From IMG/VR virus record IMGVR_UViG_3300037440_000703, positions 1 to 64,000 of that record: a stretch of DNA of 64,000 bases; one strand, given 5' to 3'. How positions within the stretch are numbered: position 1 is the stretch's first letter; each line of letters opens with the position of its first letter. This stretch comes from a virus (lineage: Duplodnaviria; Caudoviricetes). Both the position numbers and the translations under genes were made by a program. The notes below the pieces were generated by a model. The model was not told the origin of the DNA and ran no database searches. It saw only the letters and a list, made by a program, of their open reading frames with translations. Shown piece after piece: positions 44,788-52,600 of this stretch.

Positions 44788-46506
44788 ATGACGCTCGACG
44801 CGCCGACCGCGCTCGACAGCGGTGCAACCACCGGCACGGCCACCGACACGCTGACCACCGGCAGCTTCACCCCCACCAGCGGCGGGCTGCTGCTCGTCGC
44901 CGTCGCCGCCGCCCATTCGGCGGCGGTCGGCGCGGTCACCGTCGCGGGCAGCCACGCGGGCACCGACAGCTGGTGGACAGCGCAACGCGAGGAGGGCGAC
45001 ACCCGGGTCTGCCTGTTCGGGTCCACCGGCCGGTCCGGCGCGGGCACGGTCACCGTCACGGTGGCCGGCGGGGCGGTCGACCGGCTGCTGTGCCGGCCCC
45101 TCGAGCAGACCGGCACGGTCGGCACCCCTGACCTCGGCGGCGGGGTCGGCTCGCAGACGGCGACCGGTACGACGCTGACCGTCAGCGTCCAACCGGCCGG
45201 CGACACGGCCAGCACGGTCCTCGGCGTCATGGCGGTCCGGGACGACACCGACGGGGTGTCGCCGGGGTCCGGGTACACGGAACTGGTCGACCACCTGCTC
45301 GACCCCGGCTCCGACGCGCTGGCGTTGCAGGCGCAGTACGACCTCACCCCGGCGGTGACCTGCCCGTGGGGCGGGCTGCCGGGCGCGACGCAGTCCGTCG
45401 GCCTTGTCGTGGAGCTGGTCGAAGGCTACGCGGGCGGCCGGCTGCATTTGACGACGACGGCGGCCGACGTGGAGGTGACCGAGGGTTCAGGTACGAAACG
45501 GGCGGCGGCGTTCACGCCGGGCGCTACGGGGGCGGTCTGCAACCGGAACAGCCCGGGCGCCGGGCCGATCGCCCCCGTCCAGTTCACCGACGGGGCGAGC
45601 GTCGGCGTGGACGGCACGGCGGTCTCCTGGTACAGCCCGCCGCTGGCGGCCGTGACGTTGGACGGCCGGGTGGTGTGCGCGATCACGACCCGCGAGTCGT
45701 CGTCGGCGGTCAACGCCGCGCCGACGGTCCGCGTCGAACACTGCTCGCCCGACGGCACGGTGCTGGGTGTGGTGGTCGACGAGACGGTGGACCACGGTGC
45801 CGGGGAGATGTCGGGCACGGCGGGCACCGACGGGATCCTGGTCGCCGCCGCGAACGTGGCGAGCACCGCGCTGTCCGACGGCGACCGGCTGCGGATCACC
45901 CTGTGGGTGGACGACGCCGCCGACCAGGGCGGCACCGGCGACCTCGCCGGGTCGGGCAACACGCAGCTGCACGTCGACGCCGGGCTAGGCGAGGTCGGGC
46001 AGGCGTGCCTGATGTTCGCCGAGGCGCTGGCCGAGTACGCGCCGCCGGCCGGGGCCAGCGGCGCCGCACAGGGCGCGGTCGGGCTGGCAGGCCGGGCCAC
46101 CGCCACCAAATCGGGCACAGGCGCGGGCCGGGGCGGGCTCCCGCTCGCCGGGCAGGCTGCCGGCAGCCGTGCGGCCGACGGCGGCGGACTGGGCGGCACC
46201 GGGCTGGCCGGGACCGCCGGCACGCGGAAAACAGCCACGGCCGCCGTCCGGGGCGGGCTGCTGCTGTACGGCCGGGCGGCCGGTGCCGTCGGCGTCGCCC
46301 AACCCGAGCCGACCGCCGAGGGCAGCTGGTGGCCGTTGCTCGACGTGCTCCGCGAAGCCGCCCAAGCCCGCGCCGACGACACCGCCAGACCGCCTGCGGC
46401 CTGTCCTTACGACGGGGAGCCGCTGCGGACCGGGCCGGGCGGCGTCCTGCACTGCCCGTGGGACGGTTGGACCTGGGACGGGTCGACGAACAGGATGGGC
46501 GGATAG
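44788..46506 (+). CDS. Multi-domain putative virion protein with C-terminal CP.DGEPL..CP.DG motif
   Basis: Thr/Gly-rich beta domains, Gly/Ala repeats, terminal Cys motif. Confidence 0.65.
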   Translation: MTLDAPTALDSGATTGTATDTLTTGSFTPTSGGLLLVAVAAAHSAAVGAVTVAGSHAGTDSWWTAQREEGDTRVCLFGSTGRSGAGTVTVTVAGGAVDRLLCRPLEQTGTVGTPDLGGGVGSQTATGTTLTVSVQPAGDTASTVLGVMAVRDDTDGVSPGSGYTELVDHLLDPGSDALALQAQYDLTPAVTCPWGGLPGATQSVGLVVELVEGYAGGRLHLTTTAADVEVTEGSGTKRAAAFTPGATGAVCNRNSPGAGPIAPVQFTDGASVGVDGTAVSWYSPPLAAVTLDGRVVCAITTRESSSAVNAAPTVRVEHCSPDGTVLGVVVDETVDHGAGEMSGTAGTDGILVAAANVASTALSDGDRLRITLWVDDAADQGGTGDLAGSGNTQLHVDAGLGEVGQACLMFAEALAEYAPPAGASGAAQGAVGLAGRATATKSGTGAGRGGLPLAGQAAGSRAADGGGLGGTGLAGTAGTRKTATAAVRGGLLLYGRAAGAVGVAQPEPTAEGSWWPLLDVLREAAQARADDTARPPAACPYDGEPLRTGPGGVLHCPWDGWTWDGSTNRMGG

Positions 46507-47076
46507 GTGGCGACTTGCCGGAACGGCTGCGACTGCGGCAAGCACGTGAGTCGACCTCTGTCGCCGGAAGCTCGAGCCAAAATCAGTGCCGCAGCCAAGA
46601 CGAGGGGTTTCAACCACACGGCCGACTGCTCGTGTGTCTGGTGCGGCCCGAACCCGGCTAGCACTCGCCACGGCGACTCCCCCCGAACACGACCAACGCC
46701 GGAGTACAGCGCATGGAGAAACATGAAGGCGCGGTGCGGGCGGCCCAACCACCCGCGCTATGCGAACTACGGCGGGCGCGGAATCGCCGTCTGCGATCGA
46801 TGGACGAGATTCGAACATTTTCTTACGGACGTCGGACGCCGGCCGGGGCCAGGGTTCTCGATCGAAAGGATCGACAACAACGGAAACTACGAACCGGGCA
46901 ACGTTCGCTGGGCGACTTCTGCGGATCAGATGCGAAACACTAGACGCACAAAGCTGACGGCCTACGCGGCTGCCGAAATCCGCGTATCGCGGGAGGGTAG
47001 CGCCGCACTGGCAAGACGGTACGGCGTAAGCCAAGCCTCCGTCTCTGCGGTCAGGCGGGGGGCGACCTGGATATGA
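46507..47076 (+). CDS. Free-standing HNH homing-type endonuclease
   Basis: LSPEARAKISAA (NUMOD3-like), WRNMKARC..YGGRGIAVCDRW..SIERIDNNGNYEPGNVRWAT, C-terminal HTH. Confidence 0.88.
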   Translation: MATCRNGCDCGKHVSRPLSPEARAKISAAAKTRGFNHTADCSCVWCGPNPASTRHGDSPRTRPTPEYSAWRNMKARCGRPNHPRYANYGGRGIAVCDRWTRFEHFLTDVGRRPGPGFSIERIDNNGNYEPGNVRWATSADQMRNTRRTKLTAYAAAEIRVSREGSAALARRYGVSQASVSAVRRGATWI

Positions 47077-48167
47077 CGATTTCATATACGACTCGCGACG
47101 CGGTGGCCGCCGCGTTGGACACCAAACTGACCGCGAGAATCGCGCGGGTGGTCGACGAGTCGGTGGCCGCCGCCACGGGCAGCATCGAAGGAATGTGCCA
47201 CCGGCGCTTCTACCCGGAAATCCGGACGATGACGTTCGACTGGCCCAACCGGCAGAGCCCGACGAGTTGGCTGCTGTGGCTGGACGCGAACGAGCTGATC
47301 TCCGTCACCACGCTGACCGCCGGGGGCGTGACGGTCGCCAGCACCGACTACCTGCTGCGCCCCGACAACGGCCCGCCGTTCACCCGCGTCGAGATCGACC
47401 TGTCGTCGAACGCGGCGTTCGCGTCCGGGGACACCCACCAGCGGGCGATTTCGATCACCGGGCTGTACGGCTACCGCGCGGACGAGGCGGCGGCTGGCAC
47501 GGTCGTCGAAGCGTTGGACGCCAGCGAAACCCAGGTCGACGTGTCCGACAGTTCGGCGGTCGGCGTCGGGGACCTGCTGCGGGTCGACAGCGAGCGGATG
47601 ACCGTGACGGCGAAGAACGCTTTGGACACCGGGCAGGACCTGACGTCCGCGTTGGTCGCCGACGTCGGCGACCAGACGTTCGCCGTCGCCGACGGAACGG
47701 CGGTCGTCCCGGGGGAGGTCGTGCTCGTCGACGCGGAACGAATGATCGTCGAAGACGTGGCCGGCAACACGCTGATTGTCGAACGGGGCGCGGACAGCAC
47801 CACGGTCGCCGCGCACAGCATCGGTGCCAGCGTGTACGCGCCCCGCCGGCTGACCGTCGTCCGAGGGGTGCTGGGCACCACGGCCGCCACCCATTCCACT
47901 TCCGCGCCGCTCTACCGCCATCTGCCTCCCGCGCTGGTCAGGGAGCTCGCGACGGAGGAAGCGATCACCAGCACCTTGGAAAAAGTGACCGGGCTGGCCC
48001 GGGTGGTCGGCGAGTACTCCAGCCGGCTCGGGCGATCGGACACGATCACCGCCGGCTACGGGCAGGTGTCCGACAAGAAACGGGACACGGTCGGCCGGGG
48101 GCTGGCCGCGATACGCGCCGACGTCCGCGCCGCCCACGGACGCAAACTTCGATCGAGAGCGGTGTAG
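47073..48167 (+). CDS. Head-tail adaptor/connector with inserted beta domains
   Basis: YTTRDAV..AAT.SIE..CHRRFY..TFD..ITGLYGY..PPALVRE; position after the head genes. Confidence 0.7.
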   Translation: MTISYTTRDAVAAALDTKLTARIARVVDESVAAATGSIEGMCHRRFYPEIRTMTFDWPNRQSPTSWLLWLDANELISVTTLTAGGVTVASTDYLLRPDNGPPFTRVEIDLSSNAAFASGDTHQRAISITGLYGYRADEAAAGTVVEALDASETQVDVSDSSAVGVGDLLRVDSERMTVTAKNALDTGQDLTSALVADVGDQTFAVADGTAVVPGEVVLVDAERMIVEDVAGNTLIVERGADSTTVAAHSIGASVYAPRRLTVVRGVLGTTAATHSTSAPLYRHLPPALVRELATEEAITSTLEKVTGLARVVGEYSSRLGRSDTITAGYGQVSDKKRDTVGRGLAAIRADVRAAHGRKLRSRAV

Positions 48168-48169
48168 CG

Positions 48170-48517
48170 ATGGCCCTGCGAGAGTTCACGGTCGACGCCT
48201 CCGACCCGGCCCACCCGAAGGTCGTGGTCGACGGCGTCGACCAGCACGACCTGTCCCGCGTCGGCGTGGAACTGTACCCCGGCCAGACGCTGCCGCAGCT
48301 GTTCCTCGAATTCCGGGCGGGCGGGAGCTTCCGGGGTGTCGGCGAAGTGCAGGTCGGCGTACCGCCGGGCGCCGCGCTGCGGGCGTGGCTGGACACGGTG
48401 TCGCCGGGGGAGCTGGACAGGGTGGCGTTGGCGATGGACACGGTGGACGGCGGGCTGTCCCGCTCGCCGGGCGCCACGTTCCTGGCCGCGTTGCGGTCGA
48501 TGCTCCCGGCCGAGTAG
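48170..48517 (+). CDS. Hypothetical protein
   Basis: Packed between neck genes. Confidence 0.6.
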   Translation: MALREFTVDASDPAHPKVVVDGVDQHDLSRVGVELYPGQTLPQLFLEFRAGGSFRGVGEVQVGVPPGAALRAWLDTVSPGELDRVALAMDTVDGGLSRSPGATFLAALRSMLPAE

Positions 48518-48527
48518 GAGCGGGCCG

Positions 48528-49007
48528 ATGGTCTACGAGCTGCGGGTGCAAGGTGTCGACGAGGCGGCGCGGAACATCGCCAACGCCGGGGCGTACGCGG
48601 TCGCCGCGCAGTTGGAACTGGCCCACGACTTCGGCGCCCGCATGCAGGCAGCGGTGCGTGGGAAGGCTACGGGACGGCCCGGCCCGAACGTGATCACCGG
48701 CCAGTACCTGGCGAGCATCCTGTACCTGGTGCAGGCGACGGCGGGCGGCTACGAGGCGGTCGTCTACTCGGACGCACCGCAGTCGATGCGACTGGAATTA
48801 GGGTTCTACGGCACGGATTCGTTGGGCCGTTCCTACGCGCAGCCGAGTTTCGCCCACTTCCGGCCTGCCTACGATCAGCAGTACCCGTACTACGTGGCGG
48901 CGCAGGCCCGGCTGGCCGCGCAGGTCGCGGCGGTCGGCAACGGCGGGCCAGGCGGTGGCGGTGCGCGTCGCGGCCGGCTCGGCGGGCTGTTCGGCAGGCT
49001 CAGATGA
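48528..49007 (+). CDS. HK97 gp10-like neck/tail-completion protein
   Basis: GRPGPNVITGQY..RLELGF.G.DSLGR.Y.QP.F.HFRPA. Confidence 0.75.
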   Translation: MVYELRVQGVDEAARNIANAGAYAVAAQLELAHDFGARMQAAVRGKATGRPGPNVITGQYLASILYLVQATAGGYEAVVYSDAPQSMRLELGFYGTDSLGRSYAQPSFAHFRPAYDQQYPYYVAAQARLAAQVAAVGNGGPGGGGARRGRLGGLFGRLR

Positions 49008-49447
49008 CCATCGCGATCGCACCCACCCAGCTTTTTCACGCCGCCGTGCACAAGATGCTGCTGTCCACGGTGGGCGGCGGTGTGCGGGTGTACGACGGCA
49101 ACCCGTTCGGAACCATGTCCTACCCGTTCCTGGCGTTGCACGACCTGGGCGGGCAGCCGGGCACAGGCCCGCCGCTGCTGGGTGACGGGGCGGACGTGGC
49201 CCGGCTGTACCAGCTGGACGCGGTCGGCCGGAAGGTTTCCGAAGCGCAGGAGCTGTCCGACCGGGCGCGCGTCCGGATGGTGCAGTCCGACGACGCGGGG
49301 GGCTACCTGTACACGCTGACTGTGGACGGCTGGCGGTGCAAGTACCGGGCCACCGACCTGTTTCTGGGGTTGAGCGCGGAGGGCCGGGAGCCGAAGCAGG
49401 TGCTCGTCGACCGGGTCAGGTATTTGTTCCGGTGGACACCGGCCTGA
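49004..49447 (+). CDS. Putative tail terminator
   Basis: VYDG.P..YPF..YQLDAVG..A; position. Confidence 0.6.
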   Translation: MTIAIAPTQLFHAAVHKMLLSTVGGGVRVYDGNPFGTMSYPFLALHDLGGQPGTGPPLLGDGADVARLYQLDAVGRKVSEAQELSDRARVRMVQSDDAGGYLYTLTVDGWRCKYRATDLFLGLSAEGREPKQVLVDRVRYLFRWTPA

Positions 49448-49453
49448 CCTCTG

Positions 49454-49915
49454 CTAACGGGCGCAGTCGCAGGCCCCGGAGCCGAACGAACAGCCGGCGT
49501 CGCCGTGAGGGCACGCCACGACTTCGGGTTGCGGCGCACCGAGCGTGCGGTAAAACTCCTGTATCCGGCCGTAGTCGATCTTCCCGACGTGAGTGACGTC
49601 GCTGACCGCGAGGGACTGGCCTTCGGTCAGCTTGTGGCCGCCGGAGCCGTCGCCGTACCAGAACGCGAAGTCGTCAGGGTCTAGCAGGTCGAGGCCGGGC
49701 ATCGGCGGCATGCCGTTGGACGGCGCCGCCCACTGTTCGACGAGCCGTTCGCCTTCGCCCGTGTCGCGGTCTTCGCCGCGCAGCCGGAACCGCCGGGCGT
49801 AGAGACCACGCTCGCCAGGGCAGGCCCCGAGATGACGTTCCCCGCCGTGCGCCTCCCGTGGTTCCCCGCGCACGCAGACGGCGGCCAGCCCCGGGTCGGG
49901 CAGACGGCCGCTCAC
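49454..49915 (-). CDS. Antisense hypothetical protein
   Basis: GTGA-coupled to 49912-50319. Confidence 0.5.
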   Translation of the reverse strand: MSGRLPDPGLAAVCVRGEPREAHGGERHLGACPGERGLYARRFRLRGEDRDTGEGERLVEQWAAPSNGMPPMPGLDLLDPDDFAFWYGDGSGGHKLTEGQSLAVSDVTHVGKIDYGRIQEFYRTLGAPQPEVVACPHGDAGCSFGSGACDCAR

Positions 49916-50319
49916 CGGGCGGCCTCGCCGTCCGAGGCGTGCGAGCGCTGGCCCTCCACGTGCTCCCGGACCGCCGCTTCGACGATCGCGCGCCTTTCGG
50001 CCGCTTCGGCTTCGGAGGCGGAGTCGACGACCTCGAACTCGCCCCGGCACCCGCAGGCGCAGCCGGTCAGCAGGCCGCGCCGGATCAGCTTCCGCGCCTT
50101 CGCCAGCACGACCTTGTACGGGACTGTCGGGTCGGGACGGTCGCCGGTCGGGTAGACGCCCGTTTCGTCACCTCGGGCCAGCGCCCGCACGTGGTCGAGG
50201 TTGCCGCTCAGCGCTTCCGAGACGTCCCAGAAGCTTGCCCCTACCGCCCCCGGCCGTAGTGCGCGCACCGCCGCGACCGCGTCGAGGAACTGCCTGTCGG
50301 TGATGTCCGCAGCCTTCAC
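49912..50319 (-). CDS. Antisense conserved phage protein (KVVLAK..LI.RGL..GC.CGCRG family)
   Basis: VPYKVVLAKARKLIRRGLLTGCACGCRGEFE; GACACT-N6-GTG. Confidence 0.7.
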   Translation of the reverse strand: MKAADITDRQFLDAVAAVRALRPGAVGASFWDVSEALSGNLDHVRALARGDETGVYPTGDRPDPTVPYKVVLAKARKLIRRGLLTGCACGCRGEFEVVDSASEAEAAERRAIVEAAVREHVEGQRSHASDGEAAR

Positions 50320-50520
50320 CAGTCGAGTGTCCCACCCGCCGCGAACGGTGGCGGGGCGGTTCTGCGGCCTGCCCCGCCACCAGCGCAGATGTTAGATGAC
50401 ACCTGCCCTTACGCCCGTCACTAGACCAGTCGTATGATCCCGACCAAGGCGGTTCTGCGGTCGCCAGCGCTACACCAACGCCACACCAGCGCCCGACCAG
50501 ATCGCGGAGGCGACCGCCGC

Positions 50521-50856
50521 ATGGCCCTGCTGACAGTCCAACCACTCGTCGCCGCAGGCCTCGAGGTCACCTACGCGGCCGTCGCCGCCTCCGACACCGT
50601 CCGACCCGACGACCGCACCTTCCTCCACGTCGTCAACGGCTCCGGCGCCGACGTCGAAGTCACGTTGACCTGCGAAGGCACCTGCTCGTTCGGCAGCAAC
50701 ACCCCCACCCACGACCGGGTCGTCGACGTCACCGCCGGCGAAAGCCGCATGATCCCCACCGGGCCGACCGCCCAGTTCGCCGACGCCACCACCGGCCTCG
50801 TCACCGTCACCTACGAGGCGACGACCTCCGTCACCATCGCCGCGATCCGGGTGTGA
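50521..50856 (+). CDS. Small virion structural protein preceding the tail tube
   Basis: FLHVVNGSG..VTL..V.AGE.R.I; SD GGAGG; TATGAT -10 box at 50433. Confidence 0.7.
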   Translation: MALLTVQPLVAAGLEVTYAAVAASDTVRPDDRTFLHVVNGSGADVEVTLTCEGTCSFGSNTPTHDRVVDVTAGESRMIPTGPTAQFADATTGLVTVTYEATTSVTIAAIRV

Positions 50857-51182
50857 CCGCCGTGGCCGACTTCGTGTGGATCCACAACCCGACCACCGGC
50901 GGCGTCGCCCTGCAGCACCCGGACGCGGTCCGCGACCTCTGGGTGAAGAAGGGCTTCAACCGGGTCGACGTCGACTTGGACGCGGCCAGCCGCGACCTGG
51001 GCTACCCGGTCACCGTGGCCCGCCAGCTGCCGGAGGACTACGTCCGCGAACACGCCTCCCGTCGCCTGCCCACTCCGCCCCTCGCGGAGCGACGCCCCGC
51101 TGCCCCACGTGAGACGCCGGCAGTCGCGGTGAAACCCGAACCCGCCGCCAAAAGCCGTCCGACCGCCAGCAAGGAGCACTGA
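50853..51182 (+). CDS. Hypothetical protein
   Basis: Coupled; Pro/Ala-rich tail. Confidence 0.6.
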   Translation: MTAVADFVWIHNPTTGGVALQHPDAVRDLWVKKGFNRVDVDLDAASRDLGYPVTVARQLPEDYVREHASRRLPTPPLAERRPAAPRETPAVAVKPEPAAKSRPTASKEH

Positions 51183-51185
51183 CCG

Positions 51186-51665
51186 ATGGCCCGCTACTTC
51201 CGTCGCGCCGACGGCCAGACCCGCTGGTACTTCCTCACCGCGATCGCCAACACGGCCGCGCCGACCACCGCCGAGGTCAACGCCGGCATCGCGTTGAACA
51301 CCCGCATCAGCGAGATCTCCGGGTTCACGTACAAGAACGAGCCGATCCAGACCCCCGACCTGTCCGTGGCGTTCGTGTCCACGATCGGCGGGGAGGACGT
51401 CGCCGAAGACTGCAGTCTCATCTTCTACGACGACGACACGTCGATGGCCCTGTGGAACGCGCTGGCCAAGGGCACCACCGGCTACATGGTCATCAACCCG
51501 TACGCGCGGGTGTCCGGCACCAAATGCCGGGTGTGGACCGTCGTCAGCCTCGGACCCAACGACGAGTACACGCTGGACGCCTCCGCCGCCCGGTTCATGG
51601 TCGACTTCTCGGTGGCGGTCCGGCCCGACCTGGACGCCACCTTCCCAGCATCGGTCACGATCTAG
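51186..51665 (+). CDS. Major tail (tube) protein
   Basis: IAN.AAPT.AE.NAG..L..ISGF..TPDL..F.STI.G..GTTGY.VI; SD AAGGAG. Confidence 0.85.
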   Translation: MARYFRRADGQTRWYFLTAIANTAAPTTAEVNAGIALNTRISEISGFTYKNEPIQTPDLSVAFVSTIGGEDVAEDCSLIFYDDDTSMALWNALAKGTTGYMVINPYARVSGTKCRVWTVVSLGPNDEYTLDASAARFMVDFSVAVRPDLDATFPASVTI

Positions 51666-52220
51666 ATGGCCACCGCTACGGCAGCCCGGGAGAGGGCCGC
51701 AGCGGCCGGCGACAAAGACGCGCTCAACCGACTCAAAGGCAGGCGGCCCGCCGAAGAGACGGTGGCGCTGGCCGTCGACGACACGCTCGTCCAGGCGTGG
51801 AAGGACGCGAAGGCCGCCACGTTCACCGGGCGCACGTCCAAGGACACGGCGACCCGCACGGCGGCGGAAGACCAGCTGGCCGCCGCCCGCGCCGAACTGG
51901 AAGCACAGGGCCTCGTCCTCTGGCAGCTCCGCAACAAGGGCCGCAAGGAATACGACCGGGTGCAGCGGGAATGCCCGCCGTCCGACGCCGAACGGGCGGA
52001 GAACAAGGCCCGAGGGCAGGGCGAACCGTTGTGGTCGCAGCAGACGTTCCCCGCCGCGCTGGTCGTCATGTGCACGGTCGGGGACCTGGAAGGGATCACC
52101 GCCGAAGACCTCACCGAGATGATGGACGACGGCCGCCTCAGCGAAGGCGAGGTCGGGCATCTTTTCGCCAAGGCGATCGGGCTGTACACGGGGACGCGGA
52201 TACCCGACCTGGGAAAATGA
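51666..52220 (+). CDS. Tail assembly chaperone (G)
   Basis: Between tube and tape measure; ends CTG GGA AAA TGA. Confidence 0.8.
   Translation: MATATAARERAAAAGDKDALNRLKGRRPAEETVALAVDDTLVQAWKDAKAATFTGRTSKDTATRTAAEDQLAAARAELEAQGLVLWQLRNKGRKEYDRVQRECPPSDAERAENKARGQGEPLWSQQTFPAALVVMCTVGDLEGITAEDLTEMMDDGRLSEGEVGHLFAKAIGLYTGTRIPDLGK
52211..52217 (+). other. Programmed -1 frameshift site GGGAAAA
   Basis: XXXYYYZ heptamer before the chaperone stop; -1 frame open to 52600. Confidence 0.8.
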
Positions 52221-52600
52221 TCGTGGCAGACGCCCGTCTCCGCTCGGAGCTGGCGCTCTGCCACGGCTGGGGTATCCCGCACTCCCGTTTCCTGTCCTGG
52301 CCCGAACTCGACCAGGACAAGGCGTTGGCCTACCACGCCTACGACCTGACGGTGTGCAAAGGCTGCGGCACCCGCGAGGCCGAGTGGGACCCGGCGTCCG
52401 GCGGGGACCGGTTCGCCTACGAGGCGGCCGAATGCTCCTGCCCCGGCTGCCAGGTGCGCGGCGACCTGGAACGGCGGCTGCGGGACTCCGGCGTGGAGGT
52501 GTCCGGCCGGTACGTGGTGCTGCTGCCCCGCGCGGAAGCGGAACGGCGCCGCGAGCTGGCCGCCGAACGACGCGCCCGGCGTGAGACGGCAGGCGTCTGA
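52217..52600 (+). CDS. Tail assembly chaperone C-terminal part (T)
   Basis: ELALCHGWGIPHSRFLSW..DQDKALA..CKGCGT..EW..CPGC. Confidence 0.75.
   Translation: MIVADARLRSELALCHGWGIPHSRFLSWPELDQDKALAYHAYDLTVCKGCGTREAEWDPASGGDRFAYEAAECSCPGCQVRGDLERRLRDSGVEVSGRYVVLLPRAEAERRRELAAERRARRETAGV

Noticed and set aside
32028-47076. Endonuclease genes as group I intron or intein cargo
   Set aside because: Flanking genes are intact and abut the endonuclease ORFs; no split gene, intron core or intein motifs were seen in TerL, portal or capsid.
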